Assembly: GCF_000017305.1 (NCBI RefSeq)
Contig: NC_009664.2
Coordinates: 3,690,001-3,722,000, forward strand
Direction: 5' to 3'
DNA length: 32,000 nucleotides
Origin: Kineococcus radiotolerans SRS30216 = ATCC BAA-149
Lineage (GTDB): Bacteria; Actinomycetota; Actinomycetes; Actinomycetales; Kineococcaceae
Positions 1 through 10,013 of the stretch are shown piece after piece; the stretch's first letter is position 1, and every line of letters begins with the position of its first letter. The translations under genes were made by a program, and so were the position numbers. The notes beneath the pieces are model-generated. The model did not search any database and had not been told where the DNA came from. It saw nothing but the letters and a program-made list of their open reading frames with translations.

Positions 1-900
1 CACCTCGCTGATCGCCGTCCGGTCGAAGAGGCGACCCGCCCCGGGACGGGTCACCTCGTCCACGGTGAGCGTCGCGGAACTCGTCACCACGGCCGGGACC
101 GGGATCCGCTGCAGGTCGCGCTCGCCGTCGCTCAGCCGCTGCGGCACCGACACCGGACCGGTGGGTCCCTGGAACGTCCACGTGACGGCCAGGACGCGCC
201 GGCCCTGGGGGTAGCGGTCGGTGCCGTCGTGGGGGTCGACCTTCGCGAAACCGTTGATGAGCCCCACCTCGGTGACGCGCACCGGGGCGTCGAAGGTGAA
301 GGTCAGCGACGAACCCGCGGCGCTGCCCTCCGTGCGCCAGGCCGTGGAGGGGTCGGCGTCGAGGACGTTCGCGGCGACGTAGGTGGTCGTGCGCCCCCCG
401 GCGTCGGCGGAGTCCGGGGAACTGCCCGGGGCCGTGACGCGCGCCGGGGTCAGCACCCCCGTCGGGTACACGGGTTCCGGGGTGGGCGGGGGAACCGGGG
501 CGGCGACCGCGGGGGCGGGGGTGGCCGCGGCCACCTCCCGCACCGGGGTGGACGTGGAGGTCGAGGAGGAGGTCGAGGGGGAGGGCGCCGCCACCGGGGT
601 CGTGCTCACGTCGTCGTCCGGGCGCACCAGCCACCAGCCCGCGACGGCCGCGGCGGCCACGACGGCGACCGCCACCCCCGCCACGACCCGCCCCGACCCG
701 TCCTGCCCGCGCCGGGGCGTCCCGCGGCGCTCCGTGCGGGACGGGCCGGGGTCCGGGGCGGGCGCGTGGTGGACGACGGCCAGCCGGTCCGGGGCCGGGC
801 CCGTCCCGCGCGGGGAACCGCAGGTCCAGCAGAAGGTGTCGGCCGCCCGCATCGCGGCGTGGCAATCGGGGCAGGTCGTCGTCGTCGACACGTCGGTCAT
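1..900 (-). CDS. Zn-ribbon, single-pass membrane protein with C-terminal discoidin (F5/8 type C, glycan-binding-like) domain; 3' end runs off the left edge
   Basis: Not in the ORF track because there is no stop inside the window. Manual minus-strand translation from ATG 900..898 (GAGGA 4 nt upstream) stays open for 300 codons to base 1. It reads MTDVSTTTTCPDCHAAMRAADTFCWTCG (CxxC..CxxC), then TM RVVAGVAVAVVAAAAVAGWWLV, a Pro/Ser/Thr linker, then YVAANVLDADPSTAWRTEG..SLTFTFDAPVRVTEVGLINGFAK..DRTAISEV. Third codon positions are almost all G/C in the stretches checked by hand. Confidence 0.65.
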   Translation of the reverse strand, partial: MTDVSTTTTCPDCHAAMRAADTFCWTCGSPRGTGPAPDRLAVVHHAPAPDPGPSRTERRGTPRRGQDGSGRVVAGVAVAVVAAAAVAGWWLVRPDDDVSTTPVAAPSPSTSSSTSTSTPVREVAAATPAPAVAAPVPPPTPEPVYPTGVLTPARVTAPGSSPDSADAGGRTTTYVAANVLDADPSTAWRTEGSAAGSSLTFTFDAPVRVTEVGLINGFAKVDPHDGTDRYPQGRRVLAVTWTFQGPTGPVSVPQRLSDGERDLQRIPVPAVVTSSATLTVDEVTRPGAGRLFDRTAISEV

Positions 901-1091
901 CCCGTCCTCAGGTCCGCGGAGGAACTCCGGGCGCGGCGACGTCCTGCCACCGAGGGGCCACAAGATACCCCCGGCCACCGCCCCCGGTCAGCACCGCCGG
1001 CACGACGCGCGGAGCCCCCGCCCGGGCCGGCCACGGGGGCCGGGACCGGACGAGGGCTCCGCGAGATCCTCACCGCCGCAGCGGTCCAGGA

Positions 1092-2516
<1,425 letters not shown>

Positions 2517-2585
2517 CCAACCTCCAGGAACGGAACCGGCCCGGCTGTCGAGCCGCCGCGGACGCGCTGACCGTACGACCACGAT

Positions 2586-2623
2586 GTTTCGCGCTCGTTA
2601 CGGCTGCGTTTCCGCCACCTTAC
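2586..2623 (-). promoter_or_regulatory. GlnR-type operator, four half-sites (a1-b1-a2-b2) upstream of glnA
   Basis: Minus strand reads GTAAG-GTGGCG-GAAAC-GCAGCC-GTAAC-GAGCGC-GAAAC. This matches the published actinobacterial GlnR box gTnAc-n6-GaAAc in tandem. It ends 69 nt upstream of the glnA ATG, and a TACGGT (TAnnnT) -10 candidate lies at 2570-2575. Confidence 0.55.
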
Positions 2624-2687
2624 CGAGACGGTGCCCCGGCGGGGTGGGAGGGCGCGGGCCCCGCACCGCCGCACGTAGGCTGACGGG

Positions 2688-3122
2688 GTGCCCGATGGAC
2701 CCAGCGAGCGACCCGCCGGCGGACCGGCCCGACCCGACGCACCCGCCGGGGTGAGGCTGGGGCTGCCCGCGCAGGGTCGCGGGTCGGTCGCCGGCTGGGG
2801 GCGCCGCTTCCTGGGCGTGCTCGTGGACTGGGCCGTCGCCAGCGTCATCGCCCGGGCGTTCCTGTCCGGCCTCGGGGTCCAGTTCGGCCCGCTCCTGGTC
2901 TTCTTCGCCATGCACCTGCTGCTGGTCTCCACGATCGGGACGACCCTCGGGCACGCGGTCGCGGGCGTCGTCGTGCGCCGCCTCGACGGCCGTCCCGTCG
3001 GCTTCGTCGCCGGCGCCGCCCGCGCCCTGCTGCTGACGCTCGTGATCCCCGCCGTCGTCACCGACCCCGACCGCCGCGGGCTGCACGACAAGGCCGCGCA
3101 GGTCGTCGTCGTCCGCCGCTGA
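2688..3122 (+). CDS. RDD family membrane protein
   Basis: 144-aa ORF with GTG start. Hydrophobic segments WAVASVIARAFLSGL, LLVFFAMHLLLVSTIG and ALLLTLVIPAVV, with an R...D...D-type pattern (RRLDGRP..DPDRRGLHDK). Its position next to glnA is conserved in actinobacteria. Confidence 0.75.
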   Translation: MPDGPSERPAGGPARPDAPAGVRLGLPAQGRGSVAGWGRRFLGVLVDWAVASVIARAFLSGLGVQFGPLLVFFAMHLLLVSTIGTTLGHAVAGVVVRRLDGRPVGFVAGAARALLLTLVIPAVVTDPDRRGLHDKAAQVVVVRR

Positions 3123-3178
3123 CCCCGGCGCCGGCCGGTCGGCCCCGGTCCGCACCTGCGCTCGCACCCGCACGGCAC

Positions 3179-3232
3179 GGAGCCCCGCAGCGGTCCCGGT
3201 GACCTCGCGGTCCTCGGGCGCTGCGGGGCTCC
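3179..3232. terminator. GC-rich stem-loop between convergent genes (candidate bidirectional terminator)
   Basis: Perfect 14-bp inverted repeat: GGAGCCCCGCAGCG (3179-3192) and CGCTGCGGGGCTCC (3219-3232), with a 26-nt loop. It lies between the RDD stop (3122) and the DUF4191 stop (3261). No U-tract. Confidence 0.4.
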
Positions 3233-3260
3233 GCGCCGGCCGGGCTCGTCGGCCCCCGGC

Positions 3261-3992
3261 TCAGCGTCCGCGCATGGCCTTGCGGTCGGGACGGGCGCGC
3301 ATCGGGTCGATGCCCTTGGGCACCGGAGGACGGATCCCGCCGAGCGCGCGCAGCCGCTTCTGCACGGCGGCGACCTCCTGCTTGGTCAGCTGGGGCTTGA
3401 GGCGCTGGACGCGGGAGGCGAGCTTGTGCAGCGGCACCTCGCCCTCGGTGTCGCCGTCGCCGACGGTGAACAGGTGCACGGGCACGTTGGGGACGATGCG
3501 GGAGACCTTGCGCCGCTCGGCCTCGAGCAGCTTCTTCACCCGGGTGGGCGGGCCGTCGCCCACCAGGACGATCCCGCCGCGGCCGGTGGCGCGGAAGACC
3601 ATGTCCTGGGTGCGGGCCTCCGCGGCGACCGGCTCCTGCTCGATCGTCCACCCGCGCCGGATGGAGCTGAGGGCCGCGCCGGCCGCGCCCTTCTGGCCCT
3701 TGAGGTTCACGTACGCGGCGCGCTCGGCGCGCCGGCCGAGGACGAACATGCCGGCGAGCACCCCGACCAGGAGGCCGAGGATCGTGAAGTAGATCGGGTG
3801 GTCGACCAGGAGACCGATGAGCAGACCGAGGACGACCGGGCCCGCGAAGGCCAGCAGCAGCCACCACTTCGCGCCCGGGTCGACCCGGACGGTCATGTCG
3901 TAGACCTGCTTCAACTGGCGCGTGCGCGCGAACCGCTTCTTCTTCGGCTTCTGCGCCGGGGTCGCGCCCGCAGGCTTCTCACGTCGTGCCAT
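3261..3992 (-). CDS. DUF4191 domain membrane protein (Rv2219-like)
   Basis: 243-aa ORF. Basic N-terminus KPKKKRFARTRQLKQVYDMT, two TM helices (WWLLLAFAGPVVLGLLIGLL, IYFTILGLLVGVLAGMFVL), then a soluble domain (GRGGIVLVGDGP..VPVHLFTVGDG). Conserved position between glnA and lipA. Confidence 0.85.
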   Translation of the reverse strand: MARREKPAGATPAQKPKKKRFARTRQLKQVYDMTVRVDPGAKWWLLLAFAGPVVLGLLIGLLVDHPIYFTILGLLVGVLAGMFVLGRRAERAAYVNLKGQKGAAGAALSSIRRGWTIEQEPVAAEARTQDMVFRATGRGGIVLVGDGPPTRVKKLLEAERRKVSRIVPNVPVHLFTVGDGDTEGEVPLHKLASRVQRLKPQLTKQEVAAVQKRLRALGGIRPPVPKGIDPMRARPDRKAMRGR

Positions 3993-4037
3993 GCGGGCAA
4001 GGATACGGCCCGCCCGCCCGCGTCCCCGCGCCCCGGA

Positions 4038-5039
4038 TCAGCGGGCGAGCAGGCTGGACGCCTCCTGCGCGGCGGGGCTCTCCTTGTCGAGGTGGGCCAG
4101 CTGCGCCGGGATCGCCACCCCGCGCCGCTTCATCGCCTGCGCCCACAGCCGCCCGGCGCGGTAGGAGGAACGCACCAGCGGGCCGGCCATGACCCCGGCG
4201 AAGCCCAGGCGCTCGGCCTCGGCGGAGAACTCCACGAACTTCTCCGGCTTCACCCAGCGCTCCACGGGGTGGTGGCGCGGGGTGGGACGCAGGTACTGGG
4301 TGATGGTGATGATGTCGCACCCGGCCCCGCGCAGGTCGGCGAGCGCCTCGAGGACCTCCTCGTCGGTCTCGCCCATCCCGAGGATGAGGTTGGACTTCGT
4401 CACCAGGCCCGCGTCGCGGCCCTGGGTGATGACGTCGAGGGAGCGCTCGTAGCGGAAGGCGGGGCGGATGCTCTTGAAGATCCGCGGCACCGTCTCGACG
4501 TTGTGGGCGAACACCTCCGGCTGGGCGTCGAAGACCTGCTGCAGCAGCTCCGGCTTGCCGTTGAAGTCGGGCACGAGGATCTCGACGCCGGTGCCGGGGT
4601 TGGCGGCGTGGGTGGCGCGGATCGTCTCGGCGTACAGCCACGCCCCGCCGTCGTCGAGGTCGTCGCGGGCGACACCGGTGATCGTGGCGTAGCGCAGGCC
4701 CATCGTGGCGATGCTCTCCGCCACCCGCCGCGGCTCGTCGCGGTCCAGCGGGGAGGGCTTGCCCGTGTCGATCTGGCAGAAGTCGCAGCGGCGGGTGCAC
4801 TCGGAGCCGCCGATGAGGAACGTGGCCTCGCGGTCCTCCCAGCACTCGTAGATGTTGGGGCAGCCGGCCTCCTCGCACACCGTGTGCAGGCCGCCGGACT
4901 TCACCAGCCCCTTGAGCTCGGTGTAGTCGGGGCCGGTGCGGGCCTTCGTGCGGATCCACGACGGCTTCCGCTCGATCGGCGTCTCGGCGTTGCGCGCCTC
5001 GATGCGCAGCATCCGCCGGCCTTCCGGTGCGATCGTCAC
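4038..5039 (-). CDS. lipA: lipoyl synthase
   Basis: 333-aa ORF with GTG start. Lipoyl-synthase N-terminal Cys motif [12 protein letters not shown] and radical-SAM CTRRCDFC. Confidence 0.97.
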   Translation of the reverse strand: MTIAPEGRRMLRIEARNAETPIERKPSWIRTKARTGPDYTELKGLVKSGGLHTVCEEAGCPNIYECWEDREATFLIGGSECTRRCDFCQIDTGKPSPLDRDEPRRVAESIATMGLRYATITGVARDDLDDGGAWLYAETIRATHAANPGTGVEILVPDFNGKPELLQQVFDAQPEVFAHNVETVPRIFKSIRPAFRYERSLDVITQGRDAGLVTKSNLILGMGETDEEVLEALADLRGAGCDIITITQYLRPTPRHHPVERWVKPEKFVEFSAEAERLGFAGVMAGPLVRSSYRAGRLWAQAMKRRGVAIPAQLAHLDKESPAAQEASSLLAR

Positions 5040-5073
5040 GGCGCCAGCCTACGTCGGCCCGGAGCGTGCCGCG

Positions 5074-6465
5074 TCAGGCCCCGCCCGTCCACCCCCCGGC
5101 GTCGACCCCGCCGGGCACGTCGGCGTCGGGGTCGTAGGGGGTGCGGGTCAGGCGGAAGCTGGCGAGGTCGAGGTGGCTCACGCCGCCGTCGGCGCCGCGG
5201 ACGGGCCGCAGCAGCTCCCCGGCGTAGTAGCCGTCCAGCCCGCGCCACAGCCCCGGCTCTCCGGCGGGCACGAACCGGGACGCCCGCCCGCGCCCGGTCA
5301 GGCCCCGCAGGTCGAAGCCGCCGTCGCGCCCGGCCCGGACCACCAGGGGGGACGGGCCCCAGTACCAGGGGCCGACCAGCTCGAGGACGTCGGCGGGGAC
5401 CTCCCGCGGCGCCCACGGCTCGGGGTCCAGCGGTTCCCGCTCGGCCAGCGTCGTCAGCAGCCGGGCCGGCAGGTCCCCGAACCCCGAGGTCGAGTTCGTC
5501 ATCACGACGACCCCGTCCCCGGTCTCGACGTCCACGCGCAGCATCGCGACGAACCCGGGCATGGAACCGGAGTGCCCCGCGTGGCGGCGACCGCCCGCGT
5601 TCCACACCTGCAACCCCAGGCCGTAGCCCACGCTCCACGCCGAGCCCCGGGCGTCGTCGACGCTCTGGGGTTCCCACATGGCCTCGACGGTGCTGCGCCG
5701 CAGCACGCCGGAGGTCCCCGCCACGACGCCCGCCCAGCGGGCCAGGTCGGCGACGGTGGACCACAGCTGCCCGGCGGGGGCCATCGCCCCGGCGTCGTGC
5801 TCGGGTTCGGGCAGGACGACGTCGGCCCAGGGGTGCACGGCCAGGCCGCGCGCGGCGGGGGCCTGCGGGCGCGGCGTGGTGCGCGTCATGCCGAGCGGCA
5901 CCAGGAACTGGGCGGCGACGACCTCGCGCCAGGTGCTGTCGCGGACCCGCCCGACGAGCTCGCCCAGGACGCCGAAGCCGACGTTGGAGTAGTGGAAGCG
6001 GGTCCCGGGCCGGTGCCGCACCGCGCTCTCCCCGAGGATCGGGCGCAGGGAGTCCCAGTCCCCGCCCTCGGTGCGCTCCCACCAGGGGCCGTCGGTCTCG
6101 GCCTGGACCCCGCCGGCCTGCCCGAGCAGCTGCCCGACGGTGACCCGCCCCACCCCGTCGACGAGCTCGGGCAGGTGCGCCCGCACGGGGTCCTCCAGCC
6201 CCACGAGGCCGTCCTCGACGGCCCGCAGGACCGCCGCGGCGACGAAGGTCTTGGAGATGGAACCCACCCGGTACTGGGTGTCCAGCGGGTCCGGCCCGGC
6301 GCCGGGCTCCCCGTCGACCCCGGTCGTGCCGCGACCGCCGCTCCACACCAGCCGGCCCCCGCGCACCAGACCGGCCACCACCGACGGCAGCCGGGCCTCG
6401 GACTGCTCGCGGGCGAGGAGGTGGTCCAGGGTGCGGGTGGTGCCGGGGAGCAGCGCGACGTCCAT
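5074..6465 (-). CDS. serine hydrolase, beta-lactamase/PBP4-like family (cytoplasmic)
   Basis: 463-aa ORF. S-x-x-K (GSISKTF), Y-x-N (HYSNVGF) and HSG (AGHSGSMPGF) motifs. No signal peptide visible. Confidence 0.85.
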   Translation of the reverse strand: MDVALLPGTTRTLDHLLAREQSEARLPSVVAGLVRGGRLVWSGGRGTTGVDGEPGAGPDPLDTQYRVGSISKTFVAAAVLRAVEDGLVGLEDPVRAHLPELVDGVGRVTVGQLLGQAGGVQAETDGPWWERTEGGDWDSLRPILGESAVRHRPGTRFHYSNVGFGVLGELVGRVRDSTWREVVAAQFLVPLGMTRTTPRPQAPAARGLAVHPWADVVLPEPEHDAGAMAPAGQLWSTVADLARWAGVVAGTSGVLRRSTVEAMWEPQSVDDARGSAWSVGYGLGLQVWNAGGRRHAGHSGSMPGFVAMLRVDVETGDGVVVMTNSTSGFGDLPARLLTTLAEREPLDPEPWAPREVPADVLELVGPWYWGPSPLVVRAGRDGGFDLRGLTGRGRASRFVPAGEPGLWRGLDGYYAGELLRPVRGADGGVSHLDLASFRLTRTPYDPDADVPGGVDAGGWTGGA

Positions 6466-6515
6466 GCTCCGACCCTGCCAGAGCGCCGCCGCCGCCCACC
6501 CGGCAGGATCGGGGC

Positions 6516-7439
6516 GTGGACCTGCGCATCTTCACCGAACCCCAGCAAGGCGCCCGCTACGAGGACCTGCGTCGGGTGGCCGTGGCCGCCGAGCAGGCCG
6601 GGTACTCGGCGTTCTTCCGCTCCGACCACTACCTCACGATGGGCGGGTCGGGGCTGCCCGGGCCGACCGACGCGTGGACGACGCTGGCCGCCCTGGCCCG
6701 CGACACCACCACGATCCGCCTCGGCACCCTCGTCAGCTCGGCCACGTTCCGGCACCCGGGCGTGCTGGGCATCCAGGTCGCCCAGGTCGACGAGATGTCC
6801 GGCGGCCGCGTCGAGTTCGGCCTGGGCACCGGCTGGTACGAGGAGGAGCACACCGCCTACGGCATCCCCTTCCCGTCGCTGAAGGAGCGCTTCGACCGCT
6901 TCGAGGAGCAGCTCGCGATCATCACCGGCTCGTGGGCCACGCCGGTGGGGGAGACGTTCGGCTTCACCGGTGAGCACTACCGGCTGAAGGACTCCCCGGC
7001 GCTGCCGAAGCCCGTGCAGTCCCCGGTGCCGGTCATCGTCGGCGGGGCGGGCAAGAAGCGCGGCGCCGAGATCGCCGCGCGCTACGCGAGCGAGTTCAAC
7101 GCCGCGTTCGCCTCGGTCGAGGACACCGCCGGCGCGTTCGGGCGCGTGCGCGAGGCGTGCGCGCAGGCCGGGCGCGACGCCGGGTCGATGGCCTACTCCG
7201 CCGCGCTCATCGTCTGCTGCGGGCGCGACGAGGCCGAGGTCACCCGCCGCGCGGCGGCCATCGGCCGCGAGCCCGAGGAGCTGCGGCGCAACGGGCTGGC
7301 CGGCACCCCGGCCGAGGTCGTCGACGCGATCGGGCGCTACGCGGACGCCGGGGTGGAGCGGCTCTACCTGCAGGTCATGGACCTCTCCGACCTCGATCAC
7401 CTCGACCTCGTCGCCGCCGAGGTCGCACCGCAGCTGTGA
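6516..7439 (+). CDS. LLM-class (luciferase-like) F420-dependent oxidoreductase
   Basis: 307-aa ORF with GTG start. MDLRIFTEPQQGARYEDL..FFRSDHY..GRVEFGLGTGWYEEEH is typical of the TIGR03560-type LLM family. Confidence 0.85.
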   Translation: MDLRIFTEPQQGARYEDLRRVAVAAEQAGYSAFFRSDHYLTMGGSGLPGPTDAWTTLAALARDTTTIRLGTLVSSATFRHPGVLGIQVAQVDEMSGGRVEFGLGTGWYEEEHTAYGIPFPSLKERFDRFEEQLAIITGSWATPVGETFGFTGEHYRLKDSPALPKPVQSPVPVIVGGAGKKRGAEIAARYASEFNAAFASVEDTAGAFGRVREACAQAGRDAGSMAYSAALIVCCGRDEAEVTRRAAAIGREPEELRRNGLAGTPAEVVDAIGRYADAGVERLYLQVMDLSDLDHLDLVAAEVAPQL

Positions 7440-7621
7440 GCCGCTGAGCGGCCGTCCCGGCGCCGCCCTGCGCCACCTCACCTGACGCTGCGGGAGAGGT
7501 GACGCAGGGCCACCGCAGGTCCCGGTGTCACCCCTGGGGAGAGTTGTGGCACCGCGCACCGCCGGTGCACCCTCGCGGGGAGCGACGCCGGTCCCGGTGT
7601 CCCAGGTACCCGGAGGCCACG

Positions 7622-8512
7622 GTGACCGACCACGAGCGAGACGCTGCGCCGACCGTCAGCGTCGGGGTGCCCGTCCACAACGGCGAGGCCTACCTCGAGC
7701 AGACCCTCGAGGCGCTGCTGGACCAGTCGTACGCGGACTTCGAGCTCATCGTCTGCGACAACGCCTCCACGGACCGGACCCGCGAGATCGTCGAGGCGTT
7801 CGCCGCCCGCGACCCCCGGGTCCGCTACGTGCGCAACCCCCGCAACATCGGCCTGGCCCGGAACTTCAACCGGGTCTTCCAGCTCGCGCGGGGGAAGTAC
7901 TTCCGGTGGGCGATGGCCGACGACCTCGTCGGCCCGACGAACCTCGCCGACTGCGTCGCCGCTCTCGACGCCGACCCCGGCGTGGTGCTCGCCGTGCCCA
8001 CCTGGGACCTCATCGACGCCGAGGGCCGCCCGGCCCGCGGCGGCCGGGAACTGGCCTCGTTCACGTGGGACGAGGACCCGGCCCGCCGCATGGCGCAGTT
8101 CATCGACATGATCAACGGCCGGTCCTCGATCGCCGTGCTGGCCTACCTGTCGGGCCTGGTGCGCACCGAGGCGCTCTGGGACACCGACCAGCTCGGCAGC
8201 TACCCCTGCTCCGACCAGGTGCTGCTGGGCCAGCTGCTGCTGCGCGGGCGGTTCGTGGAGGTCCCCACGCCGTCGCTGCACGTGCGGCTGCACGAGTCCT
8301 CCGCCGGCCACGGGATCGGCACCGGCGACTACGCCGCCGTCCACCGCACCTTCTTCCCCGACCGCGCCCCCGCGAACCTGCTGCGCTGGCGCGCGACCCG
8401 CCACCACCGGATGTGGAACGTCCTGCGCGCGGCGGCGAGCTCGTCCGCGCAGCGCCGTGCCCTGCGGGTCCGCTACGCGCGGGCCTCCGCCCTGCAGCTC
8501 CTGCCCCTCTGA
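7622..8512 (+). CDS. glycosyltransferase family 2
   Basis: ORF 7499..8512. I prefer the in-frame GTG at 7622 (GGAGG at 7612-7616, 5-nt spacer). VSVGVPVHNGEAYLEQTLEALLDQSYADFELIVCDNASTDRT is the GT2 N-terminal signature, and there is a D-x-D-like MADD. Confidence 0.8.
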   Translation: MTDHERDAAPTVSVGVPVHNGEAYLEQTLEALLDQSYADFELIVCDNASTDRTREIVEAFAARDPRVRYVRNPRNIGLARNFNRVFQLARGKYFRWAMADDLVGPTNLADCVAALDADPGVVLAVPTWDLIDAEGRPARGGRELASFTWDEDPARRMAQFIDMINGRSSIAVLAYLSGLVRTEALWDTDQLGSYPCSDQVLLGQLLLRGRFVEVPTPSLHVRLHESSAGHGIGTGDYAAVHRTFFPDRAPANLLRWRATRHHRMWNVLRAAASSSAQRRALRVRYARASALQLLPL

Positions 8513-8516
8513 GGGC

Positions 8517-9179
8517 TCACCCGGGCAGGGCCGCCCCCGGGAGGAGGGCCTCGACGACGGCGGCCGCGTCGAGGACCCCGACGCGGCGCCCGGCGCGCGC
8601 GCTCAGCGACGACGCCCCGGCGTCGGGCAGGCCGCAGGGCACGATGCGGCTGAACCCCTGCAGGTCGGTGTCGCAGTTCAGCGCGAAGCCGTGCATGGTG
8701 ACCCCCTTCGCGACGCGCACCCCGATCGCGGCGAGCTTGCCCTCCGCGCGCCACCCCTCCCGCAGGGGCTCGTCGCGGGTCCAGACCCCGGTGCGGTCCT
8801 CGACGCGGTAGCCCTCGACGCCGAAGGCGGCGCAGACGCCGATGAGCAGCTCCTCCAGCCGGCGCACGTACCCCACGACGTCGAGCGCCCCGTGCAACCG
8901 GACGATCGGGTACCCCACCAGCTGACCCGGCCCGTGCCAGGTGATCCGGCCACCGCGGTCGACGTCGACGACGGGGGTCCCGTCGTCGGGGCGTTCCCAG
9001 GAGTTCGTCCGCCTCCCCGCCGTGTAGACGGGGGGGTGCTCCAGCAGCAGCACGGTGTCGGGGCGCTCGCCGGCGACGACCTCGGCGTGCCGGCGGCGCT
9101 GCAGGTCCCAGGCCTCGCGGTAGTCGACGGGTTCCCCGCCGAGCCGCACCCGCTCGACCACGAGTCCCCGTTCCGGCAC
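8517..9179 (-). CDS. lipB: lipoyl(octanoyl) transferase
   Basis: 220-aa ORF with GTG start. [58 protein letters not shown]. Confidence 0.93.
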   Translation of the reverse strand: MPERGLVVERVRLGGEPVDYREAWDLQRRRHAEVVAGERPDTVLLLEHPPVYTAGRRTNSWERPDDGTPVVDVDRGGRITWHGPGQLVGYPIVRLHGALDVVGYVRRLEELLIGVCAAFGVEGYRVEDRTGVWTRDEPLREGWRAEGKLAAIGVRVAKGVTMHGFALNCDTDLQGFSRIVPCGLPDAGASSLSARAGRRVGVLDAAAVVEALLPGAALPG

Positions 9180-9281
9180 CGCCCCAGCCTACGGGCGCGG
9201 ACCCGGTGCCCAGGAGGTGGTGCGGACCGGGGCCCACCGTCGGGACCGGGACGGCGACGGGCGTGGCCGCCCGGCCCGCGC

Positions 9282-10013
9282 TCAGACCCGGCGGGGTTCC
9301 AGCCGGGTCTCGACGACCCCGCCCGCGCCGTCGCGGCGCACGACGTAGGCGCCCTTCCCGGCGACCTCGGTCACGGCCTCGACGAGGTCGGTGCCCCGGT
9401 AGACCAGGCCCACCCCGTCGTCGCTGCAGTGCGTCTCGCCCAGGACCCCGGAACCGACGAGCTCGTGCACCAGGGGCCGGCGCCGGGCCTCGGAGTCGTA
9501 GTGGACGCCGTTGCCGTACGGCAGCAGCCCGAGGCCGTTCGTCACCGGGCGCAGCTCGGTCCCGAACGAGTCGGTCGTCCCCCCGGTGAACCAGCAGATC
9601 GACCCCGCGCTCACCCCGCCGAGGACGACCCCGGCCTCCCACGCCGCGCGGAACGCCGCGTCGAGGGCGTGGACCCGCCACACCGCGAGGAGGTTCGCGA
9701 CGGACCCGCCGCCCACCCACACGACGTCGGAGTCGAGCAGCTGCAGCGCCGGGTCCTCCACGCTGGGCATCGGGAACAGGTCCAGCACCGTCGTGGAGAA
9801 ACCCGCGCGCTCACCGGCGGCGTGCACCTCCGCGGCCCACGACCGCTGGTCACCGCCGGCCGTGCCCAGGTAGGTGATCCGGGGACGCCGTCCCGCGGGG
9901 ACCCGGGCCAGTTCCACCGCGAGGTGCGCCGTCCCGGCCCAGTCCAGGCCGCCGCGCTCGCGACGGGTCCAGCCGCCCGAGGTCGCGACGACGGTGGGGC
10001 CCTCAGCCGGCAC
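9282..10013 (-). CDS. peptidase S51 (peptidase E-like, type 1 glutamine amidotransferase-like fold)
   Basis: 243-aa ORF with GTG start. Nucleophile elbow GVSAGSICW and the GNGVHYD region. The start overlaps the upstream gene's stop by 11 nt. Confidence 0.75.
   Translation of the reverse strand: MPAEGPTVVATSGGWTRRERGGLDWAGTAHLAVELARVPAGRRPRITYLGTAGGDQRSWAAEVHAAGERAGFSTTVLDLFPMPSVEDPALQLLDSDVVWVGGGSVANLLAVWRVHALDAAFRAAWEAGVVLGGVSAGSICWFTGGTTDSFGTELRPVTNGLGLLPYGNGVHYDSEARRRPLVHELVGSGVLGETHCSDDGVGLVYRGTDLVEAVTEVAGKGAYVVRRDGAGGVVETRLEPRRV

Noticed and set aside
5074-8512. Genomic island or mobile element between lipA and lipB
   Set aside because: No integrase, transposase or tRNA is present. I could find no flanking direct or inverted repeats and no visible compositional change.
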